From: Thraustochytrium aureum | Lineage: Eukaryota | DNA: 43,254 nucleotides | NCBI GenBank assembly: GCA_012862495.1 | Contig: BLSG01000214.1 | Coordinates: 29,311-72,564 of the forward strand | Direction: 5' to 3' | Part shown: positions 11,743 to 23,004 of the stretch, one piece after another | How positions within the stretch are numbered: the stretch's first letter is position 1 | Layout of the letters: the number at the start of each line of letters is the position of its first letter | Program-made: the position numbers and the translations under genes | Notes under the pieces: generated by a model | What the model saw: only the letters and a program-made list of their open reading frames with translations | Database searches by the model: none | Told to the model about the DNA's origin: nothing

Positions 11743-13248
11743 TCACAAACCGGGAATGTCAACGTTCTCGGTCAGTGTGCCAACACTAGCACTGGACCGG
11801 CTGCTGTGGCCCGGGCCGCAGACCTTGGTCTCCGCAAGTGACTTGACTGCCCTGGCGAAGAGAGCAGCGCTCCACAAGCCAAGCCAACCTTGGCATGTTC
11901 CCTCCACGATCGTGGTGAGGCCAATGAGCAGCAAAACGACGATTGAACCTACACCGGCGAAAACGTCCAAGGTAATCCAGAACTTGAGCTTGCTGACCAA
12001 AAGGCGCTGCGCGTTGAATTTATCCTCGGCCTCTTTGACGACATTTCCATTCAGCCGAACCATATCGGACATTAGGGCCTCCAAAATGGACACCATCCCA
12101 AGCACCTGGTGGACGAGGTACCCCAATACGAGGACTTGCAAAATGATGAAAAACAGCGGGACGTAAAACTTGAGCGCCTTCTCGCTTCTCTTGGAAATCA
12201 CGACAAACAGGTACGCCACAGTCCAGTCAATCCCAACGAGGCAAACAGCAAACCAGACCGTGGCTTTGCGCCGCACCATTGCAATGCTGGACCGGAAAGA
12301 ATTGTCGCGCAAAAGAGTGTCGTGCTTGATTTCGTCCCAGCGCGCCGCCAGTAGAAAGGTCGTGGCGACCCCGCTTCCGTAAAACGTGGGGAGAAGAAAA
12401 TTTGAAACGTCCATGCTCACGTTGTCCGTGATCCGCCATCCTCCGTTCACGAGCACAAGTCCGATCACGAACGACGTCGAGGCGTTCGTCACGAGGACGA
12501 TGCTGTTTATCATCTGGTTGCGATAGTTCCGGTATGTGTTGGAGAAGAGGTACAGCAGCGACATGATCGCCACACCAAGCGTGAAAAGCCCGAGAATCAC
12601 GCGCATCCACAAGTGCACTATAAAGGAATCGAAGACCTCGCGGCACTGGCTCTTGTCAGCCACGAGGTTTCCGAACGCAGTCTCGTTTGGTCCAAGTGTT
12701 TCAAGGAGTGCCAGGAACTCATCGAATTGCTCAGATTTGCTCGCCTCAAGGATGGCACAGCTTTGTACAACAGGGAATTCAAACTCCAGCGCGGAATTGT
12801 AGCTGCCGTCGTGGTCGTAGAAATAGAGCCCTGCGGCTCGGTCTTCGGCGAAGATAACTGTGGCACCGGCAGCACACCATGTGGCCAAGTAAGAGAGATC
12901 GCGGAGCAGCGGCGAGTGAGAGAAGCACGATTGGTAGCTCATATCTTCATCCCAGCCGCCGTCGTGCACGATCAAGATCTTGCCTTCAAATCTCCTCCGC
13001 AGCTCGATACGAAGTTCTTCCGTGTCCGGTCCGCACAGGTCTGCCGCCTCGTCTGCGGTGAACGTGGCGATTGCAGCAGATACGTTAACTGATTGTACAC
13101 CGACGTGCTTTTGCGAGACGAGGACCTGCTCGATCGCCACACCAGCAACACGCTCAGGCGTCTCGATGACAAGTCTGCCTTGCGATGGTTCGGGGGCAAG
13201 AGCAGCCGCCGCCGCCGCCAGGCATAGGGCAGCCGTTCGCACGTTCAT
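11743..13248 (-). CDS. Signal peptide + PA-like ectodomain + 7 predicted TM helices, paralogue A (GPCR-like topology, unknown family)
   Basis: MNVRTAALCLAAAAAALA signal peptide; C...FEGKILIV...CFSHSP...YLATWCAAGATVIF; seven hydrophobic segments; NGGWRITD motif shared with paralogues B and C. Confidence 0.8.
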   Translation of the reverse strand: MNVRTAALCLAAAAAALAPEPSQGRLVIETPERVAGVAIEQVLVSQKHVGVQSVNVSAAIATFTADEAADLCGPDTEELRIELRRRFEGKILIVHDGGWDEDMSYQSCFSHSPLLRDLSYLATWCAAGATVIFAEDRAAGLYFYDHDGSYNSALEFEFPVVQSCAILEASKSEQFDEFLALLETLGPNETAFGNLVADKSQCREVFDSFIVHLWMRVILGLFTLGVAIMSLLYLFSNTYRNYRNQMINSIVLVTNASTSFVIGLVLVNGGWRITDNVSMDVSNFLLPTFYGSGVATTFLLAARWDEIKHDTLLRDNSFRSSIAMVRRKATVWFAVCLVGIDWTVAYLFVVISKRSEKALKFYVPLFFIILQVLVLGYLVHQVLGMVSILEALMSDMVRLNGNVVKEAEDKFNAQRLLVSKLKFWITLDVFAGVGSIVVLLLIGLTTIVEGTCQGWLGLWSAALFARAVKSLAETKVCGPGHSSRSSASVGTLTENVDIPGL

Positions 13249-13624
13249 CGCCAAGTCGATTGCCGCCCCTCGCGCCGGGCGGCCTTCCGTATGCCGAGCG
13301 CGAGCGCCAGTTCCGGACGACGGACCCGTCGGCAGGGTAGCTTGGTGGCTCTGCTGAGCGTTCCAAGCGAATCGAGCCAAAGCAAATCAACGGACACTTT
13401 TTTCCTTCACCAACCTTGGTTTTCCTCTCCTCCGAAAACGTCTCTGCCGCGTTGCGCTGCTGCCGCCAAGGTCTTTCGATTCCGCGAAGCTGACTGCTCA
13501 TTGCAGGTTCTGTTGCCGCTCCGCGTTTGGTGCAGGGCTGCGTCAGGCCCTGGTGTGCCTTGCGAGTACTCAAGTGGCCATTCCCCCTCGACCTGACGTT
13601 GAACGACAACGGGGCTTTCCCGCC

Positions 13625-13666
13625 AGACAGACAAGCAGACAGACAAGCAGACAGACAGACAGACAG
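13625..13666. repeat. Imperfect (GACA)n microsatellite
   Basis: agacagacaagcagacagacaagcagacagacagacagacag. Confidence 0.8.
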
Positions 13667-13813
13667 TGGGCTCGGGATCATTGACATTGCTAGTGCTTTG
13701 ATTTGACCGAAACCTGCTGCTTCCCTGGCTTCACCGCCCGACGCGTTCAAGGCATTCCAAAGAAAGGCCATCTCCCTGTTCAATCAATCAAAAGCGGTTT
13801 ATTGTTGTTCGAG

Positions 13814-15540
13814 TCACCAATACGACGCAACGCCGCCGGCGTTCGTCTCGTGGGACGCCACGTCGCTGACCGAAGCATTTGACCGACGGGAGCCTCGCAT
13901 GGAGCAGACTCGTATCTGCGCAAGACCATTGCCCGCTCGGCACACAAAACAAATGCTCCAAAGCGTAACCCAAGCCTCGCAAGAGCCCATCGGGTAGCTT
14001 GTCGCAGCCATGACGAAAAGCACCACCATGCTACCGAGGGAGCAAACGATCGAGGTCAGCGTCCAGAACTGCAAGCCGGAGATGAGCGTGGTCTGGCTCT
14101 CAATGATTCCTAGCTCAGTTGACGAGCCAGCCACCTTGTCCAGGACGCGCTGACGCGCTGCTCGCACTCGCCGCAGCACGCTCAGCATCACGCACACCTG
14201 CCAGGACAGAAACCCCNNNNNNNNNNNNNNNNNNNNNNNNNNNNNNNNNNNNNNNNNNNNNNNNNNNNNNNNNNNNNNNNNNNNNNNNNNNNNNNNNNNN
14301 NNNNNNNNNNNNNNNNNNNNNNNNNNNNNNNNNNNNNNNNNNNNNNNNNNNNNNNNNNNNNNNNNNNNNNNNNNNNNNNNNNNNNNNNNNNNNNNNNNNN
14401 NNNNNNNNNNNNNNNNNNNNNCAGCTGGAGGATCGCAAATACCAGCGGGAGATAAAAGGTGAGCAAGGTCACCGTATTGCGCGTGATGACCACAAACGCG
14501 ATAGAGCCAGCCCAGTCTACAATAATCATACAGAGCGCGACGAGCACTGCCAGCCACCACTTTATGTCTCGCACGTATTTGCCGGTGCCTTTGCCTTGCG
14601 TCTTTGCCTCAGCCTTGATTTCGGAGAGTCGGACCGCCAGAAGCCAGTCGCATGCAGAGCTGCTTCCGAAGAATGTAGGAAACATAAAGTTGGAGACCGC
14701 CACAGACACGCTGTCCGAAATGCGCCACCCACCGTTGATTAGAACCAAGCCCAGGAGAAAGAGCATAGTGAAGTTTGTGCCGAGCACAATCCCAGACACG
14801 ACGCGGTTCTTGCCCCCTCTGAATTGCATGCTGAACATGGCCAGAGCGCTCTGGAGTCCCACAGCTAGACAAAATCCGCCGCAAAAGAACCGGATGACGG
14901 CTTGCACAACGACAGACCCGAACACGGCTGAACATTGGCTCGGATCGGCGTTGATGTACCCGAGGATCGGCTCCTCCGAGGCTCTCACAACACTTCGAAT
15001 TGCCAGGTATGGCTCTGGATTTAGGATTGATGCCTCGAGGATCTCGCACGTCAATAAAGCCGCCCGTTCCTCCTTCAAAATCTCGAACCGGCTCCCGTCC
15101 GTGTCGAGGGCGTACAAACCTTCGACGCGCTTCTCCAAGAACACGAACGTCGCGTTTGGCATGAGCTCGCACCACGTTGCAAAGTACTCGACGCTGGTGT
15201 ACAGGGGGCTGTCCCCGAAGCAAGTGAGCGCATCGTGCGTTTCGGACTGCGTAAAGTCAACGAGAAGAATCGAGTTCGACAGCGCTTCTCCAACGGCGGC
15301 GTGCGCGGGGCTGCCTTTCGGGTGCCCGCAGTACTCTGCAATCTCTTCCAGTCCAAAGATCTCAACGGGGCGAGGATTCACGCTCTGAATTTGCTGCGCG
15401 CCGAGGTGCTTGCGGGCGAACACCGTCGGTCCAAATGAGAGTGCTGGTGACGTGCTGTTGATGAGGAGCTCGCCCCGCGCCGGCCGTGCTTGCAGCACCA
15501 AGCACGTTGTGGCCACGAGAAGGAGGCGCGCGTGCACCAT
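13814..15540 (-). CDS. Signal peptide + PA-like ectodomain + 7TM protein, paralogue B (spans gap 14217-14421)
   Basis: MVHARLLLVATTCLVLQA signal peptide; CFGDSP..SVEYFATWC; GLYALDTDG; NGGWRISD; C-terminal part (13814..14216) has QTTLISGLQFW, CEAWVTLWS and LAQIRVC, matching A and C. Confidence 0.78.
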
Positions 15541-15777
15541 GTTCACGCAGCGCTCCTCCGCCTTGCAGCGCCTTTGCCCGCGTTGGTCTGAACTGGACAG
15601 TGGCTGTCGCTGCAAGTAAAGTTTCGCATCGCGAAAACTCAACGGATAGTTGATTTGTTTGTGACAGGCCTTCCAGGGATTAATCGGGGGGGGGAGGCGG
15701 TTGGGTCTGCCAGCGGAAACTCAAGTGCACGGTCGGTGACCGTCAAGAAAGAGCACCCAACGCTAACGCAGATTGAA

Positions 15778-15820
15778 ACGGCTTTCCGAATTGCTCACGG
15801 CTTTCCGAATTGCTCACGGC
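15778..15820. repeat. 19-bp tandem duplication (acggctttccgaattgctc) x2.2, just past the DsbA-like stop codon
   Basis: acggctttccgaattgctc acggctttccgaattgctc acggc. Confidence 0.85.
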
Positions 15821-15832
15821 CACGCTTTCCTC

Positions 15833-16570
15833 CTACGAAATCAGATTTGACATCAACGCGTTTTGATCGACAGAGGCCGACCCGCGTCGAGTTTCGCCAG
15901 CGAGTTTTTCGACGAATGAGATCCACTCGGCAGCCGTCCAGCCCGCCGCTTCCTCCGGAGCACTCACGCCATTCACAAGGTATGTCGGGGTTCCAAAGAC
16001 ACCGCGGGAGCAGCCAAACTTCCACGACACGCGCGTTCCAAGGTCTGCGTCTCGGTCAAGCAAACCCGCCTTCACAGCTCGTGCACTGAGGCCTGCGGCG
16101 TCCGCAACGCTAGCCAGTCGTTCGCGGACATGCGCCGCGGTCATGTTGTCCGTCGGGCCGTTGCCCAAGGCGTCTTGGGAAGCGAAGACCGCCTCTGCCC
16201 ACTTGAACACGGCTCTTGCGCCGCCATCCTTTGATACTCCCAGGGCGTGCGCGGCTTGGGCCACTGGGTAGGCGTTCCGGTGGTAAGGCAGCGGGAAAAG
16301 GTGCATGCGCACGCTCAAAGTCAGGCCGCCCGTCTCGCCTCGGCGCGCCCGCTCGTTGTAGTGCTCAACCAGTTCGCGAACGGCTGGCCAGCTGGACTTG
16401 CAGTTCGGGCACATGAGGTCGTAGAACATCTCGATTTGCACATCCGCGGCAGGCGACCCAAGCTCGTATCCGTCCAACCGCGCCGGGATCGGCGGGCCTG
16501 CCTGGGCCGCTCCCACCGCGGCGAGGCCCAGGACAAGCCCTGCCGCAAGAGAGGTCCACCCGGACACCAT
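15833..16570 (-). CDS. Secreted DsbA/thioredoxin-fold protein (Thioredoxin_4-like) with CPNC motif
   Basis: Signal peptide MVSGWTSLAAGLVLGLAAVGAAQA; PPIPARLDG; IEMFYDLMCPNCK; HLFPLPYHRNA; WKFGCSRGVFGTPTYLVNG (cis-Pro motif). Confidence 0.88.
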   Translation of the reverse strand: MVSGWTSLAAGLVLGLAAVGAAQAGPPIPARLDGYELGSPAADVQIEMFYDLMCPNCKSSWPAVRELVEHYNERARRGETGGLTLSVRMHLFPLPYHRNAYPVAQAAHALGVSKDGGARAVFKWAEAVFASQDALGNGPTDNMTAAHVRERLASVADAAGLSARAVKAGLLDRDADLGTRVSWKFGCSRGVFGTPTYLVNGVSAPEEAAGWTAAEWISFVEKLAGETRRGSASVDQNALMSNLIS

Positions 16571-16656
16571 GACCCTGGTCCCCGAAACCTCAAACCGCAC
16601 GGCACCAGCCAAGCTCTCGCAGCAGCCTTGCGTCTCACGTGGAGAGAGAAGCTCTG

Positions 16657-16697
16657 GCGAGCGATCGAGCGAGCGAGCGAGCGAGCGAGCGAGCGAG
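16657..16697. repeat. (GCGA)n microsatellite upstream of the DsbA-like gene
   Basis: gcgagcgatcgagcgagcgagcgagcgagcgagcgagcgag. Confidence 0.85.
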
Positions 16698-16775
16698 TTG
16701 TTGGGAGACTGCTTTGACAGAGACATCGGGGAGGATCCACGGTGCCCTCGTCCCAATTCTTGGGGGGCAGCTTCA

Positions 16776-17060
16776 CGTCATCTCCCCCTCGCCGTTACGA
16801 CGAACGAACTCCCGAAGCCATCCCCCTCGTCACATAGACACCAAAGCGACTACATCCCCGCGACCTTTACGATACGATTCTCGACACCGAGGATCCACCC
16901 CGTCGACATGCAAGACCCGACACGCGGCACCACGTCACGTACCCTCCTGCTCGTCACTCCTCCCCGCAAACGCCAACCCGTCGTCACTGTATCCCCTCCG
17001 TGACGCGGAACCCCGAAGCGCACGGGGCAAGGGCGCGACACGGCCGATCTGGCGCGTCAC
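16776..17060. promoter_or_regulatory. Cluster of CGTCAC/GTGACG (CRE half-site-like) motifs in a divergent intergenic region
   Basis: CGTCA at 16776; CGTCAC at 16828, 16933, 16952, 16982 and 17055; GTGACG at 17000. Confidence 0.45.
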
Positions 17061-17314
17061 TAGCCGCGGTCGGCCGGTCGGCGGGCTGGGAAGATAGGAC
17101 AGCGGCAGGCGGCGCAGGAGCAGACGCGCAAGGAGGACGCGCTGCGAGCGGGGCCGGGGGCGCGCAGCCGCGTGCGCGCGGAGATAGACCGAGACAGGAA
17201 CACAGTACAGGCACACGGGCAGGAGCGCAGTACAGACAGGCAGGCCTGCGGGCTGGAACACAGTTCAGAAAGGCAGGCTCGGCTCGGCTTCCTGCCCGCA
17301 CGCCGCGTCCGGCG

Positions 17315-20240
17315 ATGCTGGTCACGGCCGTGCTGGCCGATTTGCTGGTGCGGCGGTCCTCGCAGGAGCTCGCGAGCCTGCGCGAGGCGCTGCGCGATAG
17401 CCAGTCCGTGCTCGCCAGGCTCGTGAGAGAGGGCGAGGAGAGCGAGGCCGCCGCGAGGGAGATCAGGAAGGAGGTCGCCGGACTGGAGTCGGCCAGGAGG
17501 GACGCCGAGGAGGCCGCGGGGCTGCTGCAGGAGGCTAGGCTCGCTGAAGGACGCGCGAAGAAGGGGCGCGACGACGCGCTGCGCGAGAGGGACGAGGCCA
17601 AGGCAGCGGTGCGGAGAGCCGAGCGCGCTGCAGTAGAACTGGAAGAATGGGCCAATAAACACCATGCAGAGCTGCGCGCGCGGGCTGACGCAGCGGAGCT
17701 ACGGGCGGCGCGCGCTGAGGAGTACGCTGAGGAGCTCAGAGAGATTGTAGAGAGGCTCAAGCAGGAAAAAGCGCTCTTTGACGCTTCGCTTCGCGATGCT
17801 GTAGATGCGAACTCGATGCAAGAGCGGGCGCTCAAAGATCTGCGGGGCAAGTTCGCCGAGCTCGAGGAGCTCGCGGAGGCGAGGGAGAATCGGCGCTGCG
17901 CTGAGGCCAACGCGGCCGCGGCCGTAGCAGCGAAGCAAGCTGCGGAAATAGCGGGACTCGAAGCTGCAATCGAGGAACTGAGGCGCGCAAAGAACGAGCG
18001 GATTGCGCTTTTCTCAAGCAGGATTCGGGATCTTGAAGTGGAGTTGGCCGACACCACCCGAGATGCTGACCAGAGGATCGCAGAGACTGCACGCTTGCAC
18101 AAGGACGAGATTGCGCGAATCGAAGCGCGGCACGCGTCGGCTCTTTCGGACGCTGATCTGGCCGCGCGTCAACGGGTCGCTGCGGCAGCTGCTGAGCGAG
18201 ATGCGGAGCATGCTCGGTGGCGTGAGCAAGCAAAGCACCGGCTCGAGCGGGAACTCGCGGCCGAAAGGGAGGCAGGCCAAGCACGACTCGGGGCGCTCAA
18301 ACACGAACTGGAACGCTATGAGGCGCTCTTTGCGGACGAAGCCAGGAGGGTCGAAGAGCTAGCCGAAGGCTTGGAGCGAACACNNNNNNNNNNNNNNNNN
18401 NNNNNNNNNNNNNNNNNNNNNNNNNNNNNNNNNNNNNNNNNNNNNNNNNNNNNNNNNNNNNNNNNNNNNNNNNNNNNNNNNNNNNNNNNNNNNNNNNNNN
18501 NNNNNNNNNNNNNNNNNNNNNNNNNNNNNNNNNNNNNNNNNNNNNNNNNNNNNNNNNNNNNNNNNNNNNNNNNNNNNNNNNNNNNNNNNNNNNNNNNNNN
18601 NNNNNNNNNNNNNNNNNNNNNNNNNNNNNNNNNNNNNNNNNNNNNNNNNNNNNNNNNNNNNNNNNNNNNNNNNNNNNNNNNNNNNNNNNNNNNNNNNNNN
18701 NNNNNNNNNNNNNNNNNNNNNNNNNNNNNNNNNNNNNNNNNNNNNNNNNNNNNNNNNNNNNNNNNNNNNNNNNNNNNNNNNNNNNNNNNNNNNNNNNNNN
18801 NNNNNNNNNNNNNNNNNNNNNNNNNNNNNNNNNNNNNNNNNNNNNNNNNNNNNNNNNNNNNNNNNNNNNNNNNNNNNNNNNNNNNNNNNNNNNNNNNNNN
18901 NNNNNNNNNNNNNNNNNNNNNNNNNNNNNNNNNNNNNNNNNNNNNNNNNNNNNNNNNNNNNNNNNNNNNNNNNNNNNNNNNNNNNNNNNNNNNNNNNNNN
19001 NNNNNNNNNNNNNNNNNNNNNNNNNNNNNNNNNNNNNNNNNNNNNNNNNNNNNNNNNNNNNNNNNNNNNNNNNNNNNNNNNNNNNNNNNNNNNNNNNNNN
19101 NNNNNNNNNNNNNNNNNNNNNNNNNNNNNNNNNNNNNNNNNNNNNNNNNNNNNNNNNNNNNNNNNNNNNNNNNNNNNNNNNNNNNNNNNNNNNNNNNNNN
19201 NNNNNNNNNNNNNNNNNNNNNNNNNNNNNNNNNNNNNNNNNNNNNNNNNNNNNNNNNNNNNNNNNNNNNNNNNNNNNNNNNNNNNNNNNNNNNNNNNNNN
19301 NNNNNNNNNNNNNNNNNNNNNNNNNNNNNNNNNNNNNNNNNNNNNNAAGCGGTCCGTGCTGACCAACAGACGCGCTCAACGCTTGGCCGCAGCGTTGGAG
19401 CAAACGCAAGCTGAGCGCGAATCGCTCAAGGACCAAGCTGCTGTAGCAGAGCAAAGAGCCGACGAAGAGCGAAGCCGTGGTGACAAGCTCGAGTCTGAGA
19501 TCGCGCTAGCAGCAGTGAAGGCGGACAGCCAAGCCGCGCAAGCCCGGGAAGCTTTTGCCGAGCGCGCGTCCTATTTGGAAGACGAGCTGGCGACAAAGAG
19601 CGAAATCGTCAACGCCTTGCGGCTCAAGGTGGCCGAGCTTGAACAAGGAGCGAAAAACGCACACAGTGGGTCGAAGGCAGCAGATGGGTTTCGCCAAACA
19701 CGCCAAGCAGGTGGGTCGGGGACAAGCTCGGACGACGGATCGTTCGAGCCGAGCAGCCAAGGCGGGCCAACTAGGCAACGCGGTATCGCTCGAGAGAACG
19801 TTTTGGCGCCAGCTCGCCCTAGCCCAAATATGCTCGGCAGGACGCACGCAGAGGAACAGAACGCTTTCGCGCGGGGTAACTCACAGCCCGGGCTGCAAAC
19901 AATGCCATCGGCAGCCGCAGCCGAAACTCCACGAGAAGCCAAGGTCGCACAGGCTCGGACGGCCGAGCGTCCGAGCTTAGATTTGGTGCAAAAGGTGGAG
20001 GACTTGGAAGGCCAAGTCAACGAACACAAGGCCAGAGTGCGGGAGCTAGGATCGCAAGCCGACAAAATGGTGCTTAAGATCGTCGCAGGTTCGAGGCGCG
20101 AGGCAGACCTGCGGACTGCGTACGACAGCTGCGAACGGCGCCGGGCTCAGCTCGAACACGCGCTCCGAGAGTACCAGAAGGATACGTTTTCCTTCGTCGA
20201 GTGGTCGCGCGCTGCAATGCGAACTCTGAGCAAGCTTTGA
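17315..20240 (+). CDS. Long coiled-coil protein of unknown function (spans gap 18384-19346; start uncertain)
   Basis: Ala/Glu/Arg-rich heptad sequence on both sides of the gap (ORFs 17000..18383 and 19356..20240); first ATG at 17315. Confidence 0.65.
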
Positions 20241-20251
20241 GGTTGACAGAA

Positions 20252-20257
20252 AATAAA
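20252..20257 (+). terminator. AATAAA in the AT-rich 90-bp region between two convergent genes (possible poly(A) signal)
   Basis: gacagaaaataaaatagtt, 12 bp after the stop at 20240. Confidence 0.3.
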
Positions 20258-20329
20258 ATAGTTGTTGTGAATCTGTAGGGTTTACATCAATTCAGTGAGC
20301 ACCACCCTCGGTCTGGACACGGCTTTCAA

Positions 20330-23004
20330 TTAATTGGACACCGCTGGCGAGCGCAGGTTGGCGTACAAAGCAAAGGCCTCCGCGAACAGCGCGAGCGAAA
20401 AGACGGGGCCGCCCTCTTCCGCTTTGACTCGCGTCGAGAGTGCGTCGCGCTTGAGCCGAGCGTTCTCGAGGCGGCCCGCCCAGTTTGCGAGGAGCTGGTC
20501 CCAGAGCCTGTGCGGGGGTTGCAGATCGTCGTCCAAGCAAGCGACTTGGCTTCGAAGCATGGCAGCTCTCGAAAGAGCTAAAGTTGGCAAGTCTGCGCCA
20601 GTCAGAGCAGCAACTCTGAACTCGGGGAAGATCCTATGTTGTCCCCACGGCCGCGGCATCGGCTCCGAGCGGACAGCAATCTCCCCAATAGGCCACGATG
20701 GCCGTATACACGGCGGACGACACGCGCTTGGTAGCGGGAGCGCCACATGCAGGTGCGGCGACTCGAGGCTGCGCTGGCGTGTAGCGTCGCCAGGACTTGC
20801 GGGCGCCCTCGCGGCAAGGGCCATGAGCGAACGAGACACGCGATCCCACGGCGCGGCGCAGCTCGCTTTGTCAAAGGCGTCGCCCTCTCTGGAATGGGCT
20901 AGCTCAGCCTCGGCGGGCTGTGGTTCTGCTCGCGCCGGGCAACGGAACAGCCGCAAGGTGTCGTTGAACAATGGCTGCAGAACAGTGTCGCCATCTGCCC
21001 GCAAGCACACGAGAAGGGCGACGGAGACCAAAATACTGCCCGGAGACCTCACCCTGAGCGGCACGGAAATGAAGCACTCTGTCGGCCCATCTTGCGAGCC
21101 AACCCCACGCCAGAGGAGGCAGCTTGCAGGCAGACTGACGGCCTCGAGCGGCACGGGCGCCGCAGGGTGGAGCGAGGAAGAAGGCTCAGTAGAGATTACA
21201 AAGTGCCAGCTCGGCGGGATCGGATACGGAACCGCGGCAAACTTGACGAGCAGCGTTGCTGTTCCGNNNNNNNNNNNNNNNNNNNNNNNNNNNNNNNNNN
21301 NNNNNNNNNNNNNNNNNNNNNNNNNNNNNNNNNNNNNNNNNNNNNNNNNNNNNNNNNNNNNNNNNNNNNNNNNNNNNNNNNNNNNNNNNNNNNNNNNNNN
21401 NNNNNNNNNNNNNNNNNNNNNNNNNNNNNNNNNNNNNNNNNNNNNNNNNNNNNNNNNNNNNNNNNNNNNNNNNNNNNNNNNNNNNNNNNNNNNNNNNNNN
21501 NNNNNNNNNNNNNNNNNNNNNNNNNNNNNNNNNNNNNNNNNNNNNNNNNNNNNNNNNNNNNNNNNNNNNNNNNNNNNNNNNNNNNNNNNNNNNNATAAAG
21601 CACCCTTCGCTGCCAATTTGAACAGGCGCGTGAGGGTTGACGTGAATCTCTACAGAGGTCTTCATCGCCCTTCCTCGCCGCACGTCTTCCAAGTTCTGAA
21701 GTTCGCTAAGGCGCGTGTCCAGTGCCGTCGCCTCTGCTGAAAGCCGTTCGTCCGTCTGCGCTGCGGCCGCCAATCTCCGGAGAGCACTCTCGATTCTGGC
21801 GCTCCCAGACTGCGGGGTCTCGACGAGTTCACCGTGCGACGGCCCTTGCGCTGGTAGAGCTAGCGCAGACGCAGCAGGCTCATCTGAGCGACGCTGCACG
21901 GCCCACGCAAAGAGGTGGCCGTCCGAACTGAGCGCAGCAAGCAAATCGCGGCCTTCATCGTCAACCCCACAACGCGAGAGGCGGACAAGCCGCCGCTGCA
22001 CACGTGTCTCAAGCCAATTTGACGGAACGTTTCCCGACAAAGAGACAAAGGAGACAACCCCATCGCGGCAGATCGCAATGTGGCGCGCCCCGTGCGCAAG
22101 GCAGACATCATCCGGTCCAGCGCGCGGACCCCACAGCAAGCTGCGAACAGTCTCCGCTGCCGGCCGTTCGGGCTGTGTGAAGCAGAGTCGGGCCACGCTT
22201 CCTCGAACTCCAACGACAAAAGCGCGAGCAGCATCTGGTTCCGTCAACAACCAAGCAACAGCTTCACCATCCGCGAACCTGAACAGGAGTTTGAGCTCGA
22301 TAGCAGCAGGCGGCAGCGCGGTGAGCCAGACAGCGCCGTCAGCTGCACCGATCAAAAGCGTGCGCTTGCCGAGAATTCTGCCCGGGAGCGGCGCGAGCGC
22401 CGTTGCCCAGCCGACGGGTCCTGATGGCGAACAGACCAGGCTTGTCGCGCCGCCAGGCCCAACCAGACGAACGCTCCCAAGCAGAGAGAGGCCGGCCACA
22501 AAACCCCCGGATCCCGTGGAGCAGATCTTCATCAGCGCCTTGACGCGTGAGCCAAGCCGCGCCCCTCGAGCAAGCCCGGCGCTCTCCACAGCGACCGAAA
22601 CGATCTCCCCAAGAACATCCGCCACAAGCAGCGTCCCGCCTTCCGTCCATGCCATGCAGACCACAGGGCTCTCCACGACGACCGTCCCGACCATCTCCAC
22701 CGCCACCTCCTCGTCCCGTCCCCGCACCCGAAGCACCTTGACCACACTCCGCTCTTCGTCGCGCGTTCCCGCCACGACCGCGACGAGTCCAGCGCCATCC
22801 CCTTCGAGAACCGGGTGCGCGCCGCGTCCACTCCCCGCGACGGCACGCCCCAGTGCGCCGGGGCGTCGTGGCCTCCTACGCGCACAGCCGTCCGCGCCGC
22901 GGCCCCATCGCGCCCGCTCGAGAGAGGTTCGGGCACTGGCGACACCTGCGTCAAGGATGAGGATGGCATCCCCAGGACCCGGTGACCGGGCTCTCTGCCT
23001 GTCG
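20330..23004 (-). CDS. FAAP100-like protein (beta-propeller, coiled coil, beta-sandwich, alpha/beta domain); 5' end probably in gap 23005-23720; internal gap 21267-21594
   Basis: Ordered segments LLIGAADGAV, FVVGVRGSV, LLAALSSDGHL, ARIESALRRLA + coiled coil, IPPSWHFVI, DLPTLALSRAAMLRSQ and terminal ALYANLRSP recall, in the same order, the FAAP100 sequence as I remember it. Confidence 0.6.
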
